Source: Mycobacteriales bacterium
GTDB lineage: Bacteria; Actinomycetota; Actinomycetes; BP-191
Direction of reading: 5' to 3'
NCBI GenBank assembly: GCA_035536235.1
Contig: DATLOQ010000045.1
Span: 40,882 to 104,881 of the forward strand
Length of the DNA: 64,000 nucleotides
The position numbers and the translations under genes were made by a program. The notes under the pieces were generated by a model, which saw nothing but the letters and a program-made list of their open reading frames with translations, did not search any database and was not told the DNA's origin. Below, piece after piece: positions 39,027-50,354 of this stretch (its first letter is position 1; each line of letters starts with the position of its first letter).

Positions 39027-40621
39027 GCGCCGACGCCCGAGCCGCCATGCTCGTCGACCGGCTGACGGCAGAGCTCGCGCCGCTGGAGCGAGAGGCCAGC
39101 GAGGCGTGGTGGAAGTCCAACGTCGAGGCCTCGGAGCAGGCAGAAGCTCGACGCATCGAGCTCGAGCAGCGGGTCTCCGACCGGTACGCCGTCGCCGCCG
39201 ACCTCGCCGAGCTCGAGGAGGTCGCTCGCGGCGGCATCGGAGATCCGCTCCTCGCCCGCAGTGTCGAGGTCCTGCGGCTCTCCTTCGCCGGCGAGCAGCT
39301 GCCCGTCGAGCAGCGGTCAGAGATGGTCCGCCTCGGCGCAGAGTGCGACACCGTCTATGCGACTTTTCGGGGTGAGGCCGGCGGGCGACGGTGGACTGAC
39401 AACGAGGTCGAGCAGGTCCTCGCCGCGAGCGACGACATCGACGAGCGCGAAGCCGCCTGGCTCGCCTCCAAGCAGGTCGGTGCGGCCGTCGCCGAGCGGG
39501 TCCTGCGGCTGGTCGAGGTCCGCAACACCTGCGCCCGCCAGCTAGGGCACGCCAGCTTCTATGCCATGGCACTCGCCCTGGGGGAGCTGTCCGAAGCTCG
39601 GCTCTTCGAGCTGCTCGATGAGCTCGAGCAGCTGACGGCCGAGCCGTTTGCCCAGCTCAAGGCCGGCATAGATGACCGGCTGGCAGCGCGGTTCGGCACG
39701 ACGCGGGACGCCCTGATGCCGTGGCATTACGCCGACGCGTTCTTCCAGGAGGCGCCCCGCGAGGCTGCGCTGGATCTGGATCCGCTGGTAGCGGGGCGGG
39801 ACCTCACCGCGCTGACGATGGCGACGTACGACGGCCTCGGCTTGCCGCTGCGTGACGTGGCCGACCGGAGCGACTTGGTGGGTCGGGAGGGGAAGAACCA
39901 GCACGCCTTCTGCATCAACATCGACCGCGGTGGTGACGTGCGGGTGCTCGCCAACGTCGTCGACAACGAGCGCTGGGCGTCGACGATGCTGCACGAGTTC
40001 GGCCACGCGGCGTACGACGTGGGGTTGCGGCCCGACTTGCCGTGGTCGCTGCGCATCCCCGCCCACTCGTTGACGACGGAGGCGGTGGCGCAGCTCTTCG
40101 GGCGCTTGTCGAAGGACCCGGGGTGGCTGCGGGACATCGCCGGGGTGCCGGCCGCGGACGCGGAGGCCCTCGCCGGTGACGTCCGGGCAGCGCTCCGCGC
40201 GAGCATGCTGGTCTTCGCCCGATGGGTGCTCGTCATGTGCCACTTCGAGCGCGACCTCTACACGGAGCTGGGGAAGCCCGGCTTCGACCCCGACGCGCGG
40301 TGGTGGGAGCACGTCGAGCGCTTCCAGCTGCTGCGCCGCCCTCCCGGCCGCGCGGACAGCCCCGACTGGGCCGCCAAGCTGCACCTGGCCCTCGCACCGG
40401 TCTACTACCAGAACTACGTCCTCGGGGAGTGCCTGGCGTCGCAGCTCGCGGCGACGGTGGCGCAGCGGGGCGGTCGTCTGTACAACGACCCGGCGACGGG
40501 GCGCTGGCTGGGGGAGCACGTGTTCGGCCCTGGCGCATCGCTGCGCTGGGACCACCTGGTGACACGCGCTACCGGATCACCCCTGTCCGCCGCAGCCTTC
40601 GTGCAGGAGTTCGTGTCCTGA
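39023..40621 (+). CDS. Zinc metallopeptidase, gluzincin (M2/M3/M32-like) with HEXXH
   Basis: MLHEFGHAAYD; 532 aa; start overlaps the upstream stop (GTGA). Confidence 0.6.
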   Translation: MSADARAAMLVDRLTAELAPLEREASEAWWKSNVEASEQAEARRIELEQRVSDRYAVAADLAELEEVARGGIGDPLLARSVEVLRLSFAGEQLPVEQRSEMVRLGAECDTVYATFRGEAGGRRWTDNEVEQVLAASDDIDEREAAWLASKQVGAAVAERVLRLVEVRNTCARQLGHASFYAMALALGELSEARLFELLDELEQLTAEPFAQLKAGIDDRLAARFGTTRDALMPWHYADAFFQEAPREAALDLDPLVAGRDLTALTMATYDGLGLPLRDVADRSDLVGREGKNQHAFCINIDRGGDVRVLANVVDNERWASTMLHEFGHAAYDVGLRPDLPWSLRIPAHSLTTEAVAQLFGRLSKDPGWLRDIAGVPAADAEALAGDVRAALRASMLVFARWVLVMCHFERDLYTELGKPGFDPDARWWEHVERFQLLRRPPGRADSPDWAAKLHLALAPVYYQNYVLGECLASQLAATVAQRGGRLYNDPATGRWLGEHVFGPGASLRWDHLVTRATGSPLSAAAFVQEFVS

Positions 40622-42171
40622 TGGCGGGAAGCGCCCGGCTCACGCGCGGCCGTCTCGTCGTCGGCGCTGTCGTGCTCGGCGTGCTGCTCCTCGTCGTGGC
40701 CTTCGGGGGCGACGCGGTGGCCGGCATCAAGCACCTGTTGGAGCGGCTCTCGGAGCTGCCGGGACCGGTGTTCGCTGTCATCGTCGGGCTGCTGGCGATG
40801 TTCGAGACGGCCGCCTTCGCCGGTCTCGCAGTCCCGGGCGAGCTCGCGGTGATCCTCGGCGGAGTTGCTGCGTCTGAGGGCAAGGTCCCCGTCGCGGTCA
40901 TGGTGAGCTGTGCTGTCGGTGGCGCGATCGTCGGAGACTCGCTCGGCTTCTACCTCGGGCGTCGTCTCGGCACCCGATTCCTCGACAGCCGCCTCGGCGC
41001 GATCATGGGCAGGGCGCGGGTGGAGTCGACGATGGCTCGGATCCGTGCCGGCGGCATCAAGGCGATCATCCTGGGTCGGTTCGTCGGCGTGCTGCGGGCG
41101 ATCATGCCGTTCGCCGCAGGGGCCTCCGGGGTGCCGTACTCCCGCTTCCTGCTCGCCAGCGTCATCGGAGCGACGGCGTGGGGCACGGCGTTCACCCTGC
41201 TCGGCTATCTCGCCGGCAACTCGTGGCAGAGCGTCGAGCGCTACGTCGGCCGGGCCTCGACGCTGCTCGCCATCACCCTCGCGGTGATCGTGGCCCTTGT
41301 CCTCGCAGCCAAGCAGGTCGTCGCCCGCCAGGAGCAGCTGCGCGGGTGGTGGCAAGAACAGCTCGACCGTCCGCGCATCGCGCGTGCCCGTCAGCGCTAC
41401 CACCGCCAGATCGCCTTCCTCACGGGCCGGTTCCGGCCCGGGACTGCAGCGGGATTGCAGCTCACGGCCGGGTTGCTGGGATTGGCGCTGCTCGGTGCCG
41501 CACTGGCCCTCGTGATCGGGGAGTCCCTGGGCAGCGGAGGCTTGGTCGACGTCGACGAGCCGGTACGCCGGGCGCTGGCGCGCAGTCAGACCGGTGACGT
41601 CGTTCGCGTCACGTCCGCCGTCCGCGACGTGCTCTCAGCAGAGGTGCTCGGCGCCGTGTCGATCCTCGTCGGGCTCGGGGCCTGGGTCGTCGACCGGCGA
41701 CCCCGAGCGTTGGTGCTGCTGGTCGTGGCGGTCGTCGGCGCGGCCTTCTTGGCCCAGCTGGTGAGCGCGGCTGTGGAGCGCTCGCGGGTGATCCCGTCGC
41801 TGACCGACGGCTTCCGCACCTCCACCTTTCCCTCCGGCCGGATGACCGTGATGGCGGCGACGGTCCTCGCGCTGCTGGCAGTGTTGATGCCGCGGATCTC
41901 CAGCTGGGGGCGCAAGGTGGTGACCGCGACGGTGGGCCTGGCGCTGGTGCTGCTGGGTGGCCTCGCCGTGCTCTCGCTCGGGCAGGTCTACCTGTCCGAT
42001 GTGCTCGGCGGGATCACGTTGGGCGGTGTGTGGGGACTTGCCGTGGCGACTGCTGTCACGACAGTGTGGCGCCCGCCGGTGCCGGCCGGGCCGGATTCGG
42101 GGGAAGTGGCCACGGACGCCGCCGATGTGCCGCAGACTGAGGCGCGGGAAGGCAGAACGCCGGTTCTCTGA
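40621..42171 (+). CDS. DedA (SNARE-associated) and PAP2-like fusion membrane protein
   Basis: DedA core N-terminal half; second multi-TM half with a degenerate PAP2 motif (TFPSGR...); TGATG overlap with the upstream gene. Confidence 0.55.
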   Translation: MAGSARLTRGRLVVGAVVLGVLLLVVAFGGDAVAGIKHLLERLSELPGPVFAVIVGLLAMFETAAFAGLAVPGELAVILGGVAASEGKVPVAVMVSCAVGGAIVGDSLGFYLGRRLGTRFLDSRLGAIMGRARVESTMARIRAGGIKAIILGRFVGVLRAIMPFAAGASGVPYSRFLLASVIGATAWGTAFTLLGYLAGNSWQSVERYVGRASTLLAITLAVIVALVLAAKQVVARQEQLRGWWQEQLDRPRIARARQRYHRQIAFLTGRFRPGTAAGLQLTAGLLGLALLGAALALVIGESLGSGGLVDVDEPVRRALARSQTGDVVRVTSAVRDVLSAEVLGAVSILVGLGAWVVDRRPRALVLLVVAVVGAAFLAQLVSAAVERSRVIPSLTDGFRTSTFPSGRMTVMAATVLALLAVLMPRISSWGRKVVTATVGLALVLLGGLAVLSLGQVYLSDVLGGITLGGVWGLAVATAVTTVWRPPVPAGPDSGEVATDAADVPQTEAREGRTPVL

Positions 42172-42192
42172 CCGGATGGGAGTGGGGGTTCG

Positions 42193-43002
42193 GTGGACCG
42201 ACGTGAAGCGCTGCGCGCGGGCGCCCTGGTGGCGGCGGGCGCCGCAGTGGGGCGCTGGTCGCGTCAGCCTGAGCCACCATTAGATGCAGTTGCGGCGACG
42301 GACCGTGGCTTCGCCGGCACGCGCGCGGGGTCCGGGTCGGCAGCGAGCACCCAGGTCATCTGGCAGGTGAGCACCGACGAGCCCGTGCTGGCGCTGACCT
42401 TCGACGACGGGCCGGTGCCGTCGTACACCCAGGACTACCTGGACATGCTGCGTGACCGCGACGTGCAGGCCACCTTCAACCTCGTCGGCCGCAACGCACT
42501 CGACCACCCGGAGCTGGTGCGACGGGAGATCGCCGACCGGCACCAAGTCGAGAACCACTCATGGAGCCACCTCGACCTCGCCACCGCGACCGCTGCGCAG
42601 ACCGACCATGAGCTCGCCCGCGGTGCCGACGTCCTCGAGTCGCTGACCGGCCGGGCACCGCGTTACTTCCGGCCGCCTCGCGGCAATCTGTCCGGCGCCA
42701 CGCTCAATGCTGCTGCCCGAGCGGGGGAGGACGTCCTGCTGTGGTCGGTCCAGCTGCACGAGTCGCGACTCGACGTCGACGCGAACATCGCGCATGTCCT
42801 GGCGCGGGTGCAGCCCGGCACCATCCTGCTGGCTCACGACACCCACCACGGCACCATCGACCGGCGCATCGGCCTGCGTGCTCTGCCGGTGATCATCGAC
42901 CGGCTGCGCGACCGGGGCTTTCGGTTCGTCACCGTTGATGAGCTGGTGACTGCCGGGCCCGCCCTCCCGCCGCCCGCCGGGGGGCCACTCGCCAGCCGTT
43001 AA
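42193..43002 (+). CDS. Polysaccharide deacetylase (NodB homology), Tat-type signal
   Basis: RR signal; LALTFDDGP and HSWSH motifs. Confidence 0.8.
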   Translation: MDRREALRAGALVAAGAAVGRWSRQPEPPLDAVAATDRGFAGTRAGSGSAASTQVIWQVSTDEPVLALTFDDGPVPSYTQDYLDMLRDRDVQATFNLVGRNALDHPELVRREIADRHQVENHSWSHLDLATATAAQTDHELARGADVLESLTGRAPRYFRPPRGNLSGATLNAAARAGEDVLLWSVQLHESRLDVDANIAHVLARVQPGTILLAHDTHHGTIDRRIGLRALPVIIDRLRDRGFRFVTVDELVTAGPALPPPAGGPLASR

Positions 43003-43011
43003 GGTGCTCCG

Positions 43012-44193
43012 GTGAACGGCAACACGCTCGACCTCATCCTGTTGCTGGCCCTCGGTGTCTTCGCCTACTCCGGCTATCGCCAGGGCTTCGTCGTCGGCGT
43101 GCTCTCCTTCGCCGGATTTCTCGGCGGTGGGGTGCTCGGGACGTTCCTCGCCCCGCCGATCGCCGAGCGGATGACCAGCGGCGGCGGCCGGTCGATCCTC
43201 GGCATCGCGATCGTGCTCGTGCTGGCATGTGCCGGGCAGCTGCTCGGCACCACGCTCGGGACAGCCCTGCGCGGCCGAGTGACCTGGCGCCCCGCGAGGC
43301 TCATCGACTCGGCCGGTGGCTCCTGCGTCTCGATCATCGGTGTCCTTCTGGTTGCCTGGCTGCTGGGCACCGCGGCCAAGGACTCGGCCTACCCCGTGTT
43401 GGCGAAGCAAGTGAACAACTCGCAGATCCTGCGGTCGGTCGATGAGGTGCTGCCACCGGCCCCCGCCGTCTTCTCCTCCTTCCGGCGACTGCTCGACGAG
43501 CGGGGCTTCCCGAAGGTCTTCACCGACTTGCGGCCGCAGTCGACCGCCCCCGTGCCGGCGCCTGACCCCGCGGTGGTCAACTCGCCCGCCGTGCGCAGCT
43601 CCCGGACGCGGGTGCTGAAGGTGCTCGGTGTGGCGCGTTCCTGCTCACGTCGGCTGGAGGGGACCGGATTCGTCTACGCGACCGACCGCGTGATGACCAA
43701 CGCCCACGTCGTCGCGGGGGTGCGAGATCCGGAGGTAGAGCTACGCGAGGGGGTCCGAAAGCGGGGACAGGTCGTCCTCTTCGACCCCGGGCGCGACGTC
43801 GCGGTGATTCATGTGCCGGGGCTGGGCCTGGCCCCGCTGCGGTTCCGAGGCGACGCTCGGGCCGGGGCAAACGCGGTCGTCGCAGGCTATCCGGAGGACG
43901 GTCCCTTCAGTGCGGTGGCCGCGCGGATACGCGAGCAGATCACAGCTGTCGGTCGCGACATCTACGACCGCTCGACGGTCCGGAGGGATGTCTACCAGCT
44001 GCGCGCCGTCGTCCGTCCGGGCAACTCCGGCGGGCCGCTGCTCGCTTCCGACGGTCGGGTCTACGGCGTCATCTTCGCCGCCGATGCCCAGGACCGTAAC
44101 ACTGGGTACGCCCTGACATCTGATGAGGTGGCGTCGTCGGCGCGAGCCGGAGCGGTCCGCACCGAGCGAGTCGACACCCAGGGTTGCGACTGA
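43012..44193 (+). CDS. marP: MarP-like membrane-associated serine protease (CvpA-like TM domain plus trypsin-like domain)
   Basis: Four-TM N-terminus, trypsin-like catalytic region (TNAHVV...GNSGGPL). Confidence 0.8.
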   Translation: MNGNTLDLILLLALGVFAYSGYRQGFVVGVLSFAGFLGGGVLGTFLAPPIAERMTSGGGRSILGIAIVLVLACAGQLLGTTLGTALRGRVTWRPARLIDSAGGSCVSIIGVLLVAWLLGTAAKDSAYPVLAKQVNNSQILRSVDEVLPPAPAVFSSFRRLLDERGFPKVFTDLRPQSTAPVPAPDPAVVNSPAVRSSRTRVLKVLGVARSCSRRLEGTGFVYATDRVMTNAHVVAGVRDPEVELREGVRKRGQVVLFDPGRDVAVIHVPGLGLAPLRFRGDARAGANAVVAGYPEDGPFSAVAARIREQITAVGRDIYDRSTVRRDVYQLRAVVRPGNSGGPLLASDGRVYGVIFAADAQDRNTGYALTSDEVASSARAGAVRTERVDTQGCD

Positions 44194-44212
44194 GCGCAGC
44201 ACCTTCGGAGCA

Positions 44213-44779
44213 TCAGTCGCGCAGCGGGAGCTCCAGCTCCGAGGCGCTGATCGACGCGGTGCCGTCCCGCTCGGCCCGATCGGCGAGGCGCCGCGCGGCC
44301 GCCTGCAGCCGCCGTACGCCGACGCCGAAGTGCGCGTCGGGGTAGGCAGTCAGCTTGTCCGCAGCGCGTCGCAGGATGGTGGCAGCGCCGACCGCGTTGC
44401 CGCGCTGGATGTGGGTGAGGCCGACGGCAAGCTGGGCCAAGCCCTGCCAGAAGTCCCGATCCGGCGGGTCAGCGAGATGCCACGGACCCTCCAACACCTC
44501 GTGGGCATAGAACGGGGCGCCGCCGAGGATCAGCCGCTGGGCTTCCTCGATCGCGTCGTCGGGCGGCAATGAGGTCTCGCGGTCCCCGACGGCGAGGCGT
44601 TCCCGCCACGGCGTGGGAGTGCCGGGTGGCAGCGGCGCGCCGGTGATGTCCCGTGGTCGCTGGCTCAGTGGCCGACCGGCGCTGTCTCGCGAACGCGGGG
44701 TGGGCGACGGAGCGGCGGCGGCATCCCCCGCGTCCGCATCGGTGCCGTCCGGCGGCACCGTCATGACTGCTTGGCCCAT
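44213..44779 (-). CDS. DUF309 domain-containing protein
   Basis: Conserved helical region FYAHEVLEGPWHLADPPDRDFWQGLAQLAVGLTHIQRGN. Confidence 0.5.
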   Translation of the reverse strand: MGQAVMTVPPDGTDADAGDAAAAPSPTPRSRDSAGRPLSQRPRDITGAPLPPGTPTPWRERLAVGDRETSLPPDDAIEEAQRLILGGAPFYAHEVLEGPWHLADPPDRDFWQGLAQLAVGLTHIQRGNAVGAATILRRAADKLTAYPDAHFGVGVRRLQAAARRLADRAERDGTASISASELELPLRD

Positions 44780-45726
44780 CGGACGATCTCTGCCGTCACC
44801 AGGTCGGGTGCCTCCTCAGCGGGGAAGTGCCCGACGCCGTCGAGCAGCCGCCACTCATAGACCCCCTCGACGTAGCGACCGGAGCCGAGCGCCGTGCGCG
44901 GCAGCAGGCACCCGTCCATCGCCCCATGCAGCTGCAGGGTCGGGGCGCCGACCGGCCGCTGCATCCGCTTGGCGAACCGGTAGCCGTCTGGCCGTACGAC
45001 GGACCGCACCGCCCAGCGGTAGTACTCCATGGCGCAGTAGGCGACCGTCGGGATCTGCATGGCGGTGCGGTAGATGCGGTCCGTGGCGGCATCGGGGAAG
45101 CCAGGCCCGCCCCAGTCGTGGAGCAGGCGGGACACTCGCTCGGCGTCATCCTTGACCAGGAGCCGCTCCGCCAGCCACGGCGCCTGGAAGGCCAGCACGT
45201 ACCAGCTGGCCCGGAGCTGGCCGCGCGGGTCGACGACGACTTGGGCTCGGAGGCGCAGCGGGTGCGGCATCGAGAGGATGACCAGCCGCGAGACCACCTC
45301 GGGGTGAAGCGTTGCGACTGCCCAGGCGAGGAGGCCCCCCCAGTCGTGCCCGACGATGACCGCGTCGCGTTCACCCAGCCCGCGGACGAGGCCGGCGACG
45401 TCCGCCGCGAGGGTGTAGATGTCATAGCCCCGCGGCGGCTTGTCGCTCGCGCCGTACCCGCGCAGGTCCGGGGCGACCGCACGAAATCCGTGCTGCGGCA
45501 GGTCGGTCAGCTGGTGCCGCCACTGCCACCACATCTGCGGGAAGCCGTGCAGCATGAGGACGAGCGGGCCGTCACCTGCTTCGGCAACGTGGAAGCGCGC
45601 GCCGTTGGCGGAGACGTCCCGGTGGCGCCATGGGCCGGAGAGCAGGATGTCGCTCTCGGCCGCCATGGCGGCAGCGTCCCACAGCCAGGGCGCGCGGGGC
45701 AGACCGCACTCGTAGCATTCCGGCAT
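44761..45726 (-). CDS. Alpha/beta hydrolase (epoxide hydrolase family, EphE-like)
   Basis: HGFPQMWWQWRHQ...GHDWGG. Confidence 0.8.
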   Translation of the reverse strand: MPECYECGLPRAPWLWDAAAMAAESDILLSGPWRHRDVSANGARFHVAEAGDGPLVLMLHGFPQMWWQWRHQLTDLPQHGFRAVAPDLRGYGASDKPPRGYDIYTLAADVAGLVRGLGERDAVIVGHDWGGLLAWAVATLHPEVVSRLVILSMPHPLRLRAQVVVDPRGQLRASWYVLAFQAPWLAERLLVKDDAERVSRLLHDWGGPGFPDAATDRIYRTAMQIPTVAYCAMEYYRWAVRSVVRPDGYRFAKRMQRPVGAPTLQLHGAMDGCLLPRTALGSGRYVEGVYEWRLLDGVGHFPAEEAPDLVTAEIVRWAKQS

Positions 45727-46132
45727 GGGGATCTTCCGCCGCCGCGCGCTCCCCGCCCACCTGGAGTCGGCGTATGAGGCCTTCCTGCGATGCGCGGAGC
45801 ATGTCGACCTCGGGCAGCGGGCGATGATCCGCTGCGTCCCGTCGTCGGCCCGGGCTGTCGGTCTGCCGCTCGCCGTGGGCGCGCAGACCCTGGCGATGTC
45901 CTTGGACGAAGCGCGGGCAGAGATGCCCCGCTGGCATCATCCCGATGTGGCGGGGATCTGGGCGGACTGCTCGGCGGCACTGGACGAGACGTCCCGGGCG
46001 GTGGGCCGCGCCGTCGAGATCGCGGCTGCGACGAGGGAGCTCGAGGTCGCGCTGACCGCCGTGCAGGACCTCCTCGACCCGCTCCACGCCTTCGTCGACG
46101 CGGAGGCGCGCTTCGCCGAGCTGCGTCGTTGA
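45725..46132 (+). CDS. Hypothetical protein
   Basis: 135-aa helical ORF, convergent with the downstream paralog array. Confidence 0.35.
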   Translation: MGIFRRRALPAHLESAYEAFLRCAEHVDLGQRAMIRCVPSSARAVGLPLAVGAQTLAMSLDEARAEMPRWHHPDVAGIWADCSAALDETSRAVGRAVEIAAATRELEVALTAVQDLLDPLHAFVDAEARFAELRR

Positions 46133-46161
46133 GCGGTCCTCGTTGAGCTGTGCCCGTTGAG

Positions 46162-46701
46162 CTATAGCGCCGAGCACTCGCCGGTGCGGCGCTCAGCCGC
46201 GAAGACGTACTGCCCCCCCTGGTAGGCGAGGCGTACGACGAAGCCGCCCCCGGACACTCGCTCCTTGATGCTGTTGTAGTAGGTGGTCGCCGTGACGGCG
46301 AAGTCCGCCCGTCGGAAGTCGGCGCTCACCGACTGCTCTCGCACCGTGAGGTCGAGCGCGCCCGCACACAGCTGCTGCGCGACGTCGCGCAGGGCGGCCT
46401 GGACGCCGAGCTGGCTGGGCATGGAGACGACCCGCCCCGCGTCGCCGCGGACCGAGTCACGGAGGTTGTCGCCCGCGGCGACGTCGTCGTACGCCGGTCG
46501 GGACCCGTAGACCCGCACGGCGCCCGTCGCCGGAGCGAGACCTGCCGCGGTGCCCGCAGGGGCTGACCGGACGGCCGTCCCACCGGCGAGGAGGAGCACA
46601 GCCACCGCACTCGCGAGCCCGTCGATGACCCGGGAGCGCCGAAGGGACCAGGGCAGCTGCCGCCGCGTTTCGTCAGTCCCCCGAGCGATCACCTCAGCCA
46701 A
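46162..46701 (-). CDS. Paralog 1 of a tandem triplet of single-pass membrane proteins (unknown function)
   Basis: N-terminal RRQLPWSLRR motif, one TM helix, C-terminal FVVRLAYQGGQYV...GEC. Confidence 0.45.
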   Translation of the reverse strand: MAEVIARGTDETRRQLPWSLRRSRVIDGLASAVAVLLLAGGTAVRSAPAGTAAGLAPATGAVRVYGSRPAYDDVAAGDNLRDSVRGDAGRVVSMPSQLGVQAALRDVAQQLCAGALDLTVREQSVSADFRRADFAVTATTYYNSIKERVSGGGFVVRLAYQGGQYVFAAERRTGECSAL

Positions 46702-47188
46702 GACAGGGCTCCGACGACTCCTGGACCGAGTAGCTGATCCCGGTCCCGCGGGGCAGCCGGGACACTTTCAAGCGGAGTGCTGGAGCCCGGCCAGGGAGGC
46801 CAGCGGCGACCGTGGCGATGCTCACATCTCGGTTGTGCTCTGCCACGGAGTAGGTGAACCCTGCGGTCTCGGTGCAGATGAGCCCAGCAGCGAACCGGGC
46901 GACGTTCTGCGCCGTGCGTAGCCGGGCCTGCTCTTCGGCCGAGCTGATCTGCGGCAGCGGAGATGGGGACGGCGAGGGCGAGGTGGTCGCTGGCTGGCTG
47001 GCCGGCAGGTTCGGCGCGCTGCGCCGGTCAGTGACAACGGCGGAGGCGACCAGCAGGTGCACCGCGAGCGTCGCGCCGATAGCTGACCCCAGCGTGTCGA
47101 GCGGCAACGATCGTCGCGCCCGCTCGCTCCCTGCAAGCAGGAGGTCCGGAGCAGGCTTAGCCACTTTCACACCCGCCGTACGCCTCAC
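46694..47188 (-). CDS. Paralog 2 of the tandem triplet (more diverged)
   Basis: RRSLPL motif, TM helix, C-terminal LRLKVSRLP...EPC; overlaps neighbours by 8 and 32 nt. Confidence 0.4.
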   Translation of the reverse strand: MRRTAGVKVAKPAPDLLLAGSERARRSLPLDTLGSAIGATLAVHLLVASAVVTDRRSAPNLPASQPATTSPSPSPSPLPQISSAEEQARLRTAQNVARFAAGLICTETAGFTYSVAEHNRDVSIATVAAGLPGRAPALRLKVSRLPRGTGISYSVQESSEPCLG

Positions 47189-47717
47189 TGATCTGGCCGA
47201 CGTACTCGCCTTCTCGCCATGACAACCGGAGCACGAAGCCGGCGGACTTGCGGGGCGTGTCGCTGGCGCGGCCGACCAGGAACGTGGCTGTCCGGCCCTC
47301 CTCCGCTGCGCTGGCAGAGTCGGCAGCGGCGTCGACTCGGCGGTAGCGGGGACGCTCGATATTGCGGCACTGCCTGACCGCGACGAGCTCGGCCGCGCGC
47401 CGCGCTGTACGCCCGCTCGGACGCACGACGGGCGCCACGACGACGGCGCCGGTTGAGCTGATGCTCACGGCTGCGCGCATCGGCTCCTGGTGTTCTGAGG
47501 ACCGACCGGCGGGGCCCGCGAGCGTGGCGGAGCCGGATGAGGCCCGCTGAGCTGCTGCCGTGCCCGCGGCGACCAGAACGCCGACCACCCCTATTGCCAG
47601 CGCCGTCGTCAAGCGGTCGCGGCGCAGCGTCCACGGCAGTCGCCGGCCGGCCCGCGGCGCGCGCTCTGCGGGCCCCCAGGACAGCACCTCTCGCGATCCG
47701 CTCGACTCTCCTGGCAT
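47157..47717 (-). CDS. Paralog 3 of the tandem triplet
   Basis: RRLPWTLRR motif, TM helix, C-terminal FVLRLSWREGEYV...GGC; starts 6 nt after the acs stop. Confidence 0.45.
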   Translation of the reverse strand: MPGESSGSREVLSWGPAERAPRAGRRLPWTLRRDRLTTALAIGVVGVLVAAGTAAAQRASSGSATLAGPAGRSSEHQEPMRAAVSISSTGAVVVAPVVRPSGRTARRAAELVAVRQCRNIERPRYRRVDAAADSASAAEEGRTATFLVGRASDTPRKSAGFVLRLSWREGEYVGQISEAYGGCESG

Positions 47718-47722
47718 GGCGG

Positions 47723-49678
<1,956 letters not shown>

Positions 49679-49756
49679 GGCGGCTCCTCGCAGCGGCGGC
49701 GTCCTACTCTCGCTGATGCCGCCACGCGATGCCAGGCGCGGTAGGGGCGCCGAGCG

Positions 49757-50254
49757 TCAGCTGCCGACGACGTACGCCGCGTCGGTGGCAGCGGTGTCGC
49801 CGCCGGGGGCGCCGGCAAGCGCACCGCCGGGCGTGCTGCTCACGGCGATGTCGCTCAGCTCGGTCCCGGGCTTGAGCGCGCCCTTCGCCGGCATCGTGAA
49901 GACGATCTTGTTGCCGCTGATCTTCACTGCCGGCGGACTCGCATTCGATCCGGTGCACCCTCCGCTGCTGCTGCCGTCCACGCCGAAGACGTTGCCCCGC
50001 CAGGTGCAGTTGTCGTCGGTGCTGAAACGCAGCTGGTAGGCGAACGGCACCGGCGTATTCGGTGGCCCGGCGAACTCCACCGTGACCACGAGCTTCGTCT
50101 TCTTCTCGGTGACGAACAGGGCGGAGACGATGTCGGCACCGGCTACCGGGTAGTCACCCCTCGGATCGGTGAGCTGCGGCTTCGGCGCCGCGCCGGCGTG
50201 CGGCGCTGCGAGGGCGATCACTGCGATCGCGGCAGCGAGAACGGTACGTCGCAT
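49757..50254 (-). CDS. Secreted protein, paralog A (unknown family)
   Basis: Signal peptide; conserved DPRGDYPVAGADIVS and paired Cys. Confidence 0.5.
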   Translation of the reverse strand: MRRTVLAAAIAVIALAAPHAGAAPKPQLTDPRGDYPVAGADIVSALFVTEKKTKLVVTVEFAGPPNTPVPFAYQLRFSTDDNCTWRGNVFGVDGSSSGGCTGSNASPPAVKISGNKIVFTMPAKGALKPGTELSDIAVSSTPGGALAGAPGGDTAATDAAYVVGS

Positions 50255-50293
50255 GGATGCTCCCCCGTCGAAGCTGAAGTTGCCGGTGGGAAT

Positions 50294-50331
50294 TCGACAG
50301 CTCCCGGGCGGATTCCTGCCCGGGAGCTGTC
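50294..50331. terminator. Strong hairpin between the tandem secreted-protein paralogs
   Basis: tcgacagctcccgggc - ggattcct - gcccgggagctgtcg (15-bp stem). Confidence 0.5.
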
Positions 50332-50354
50332 GTCGAATGCCGGTGGGTGTGCGG

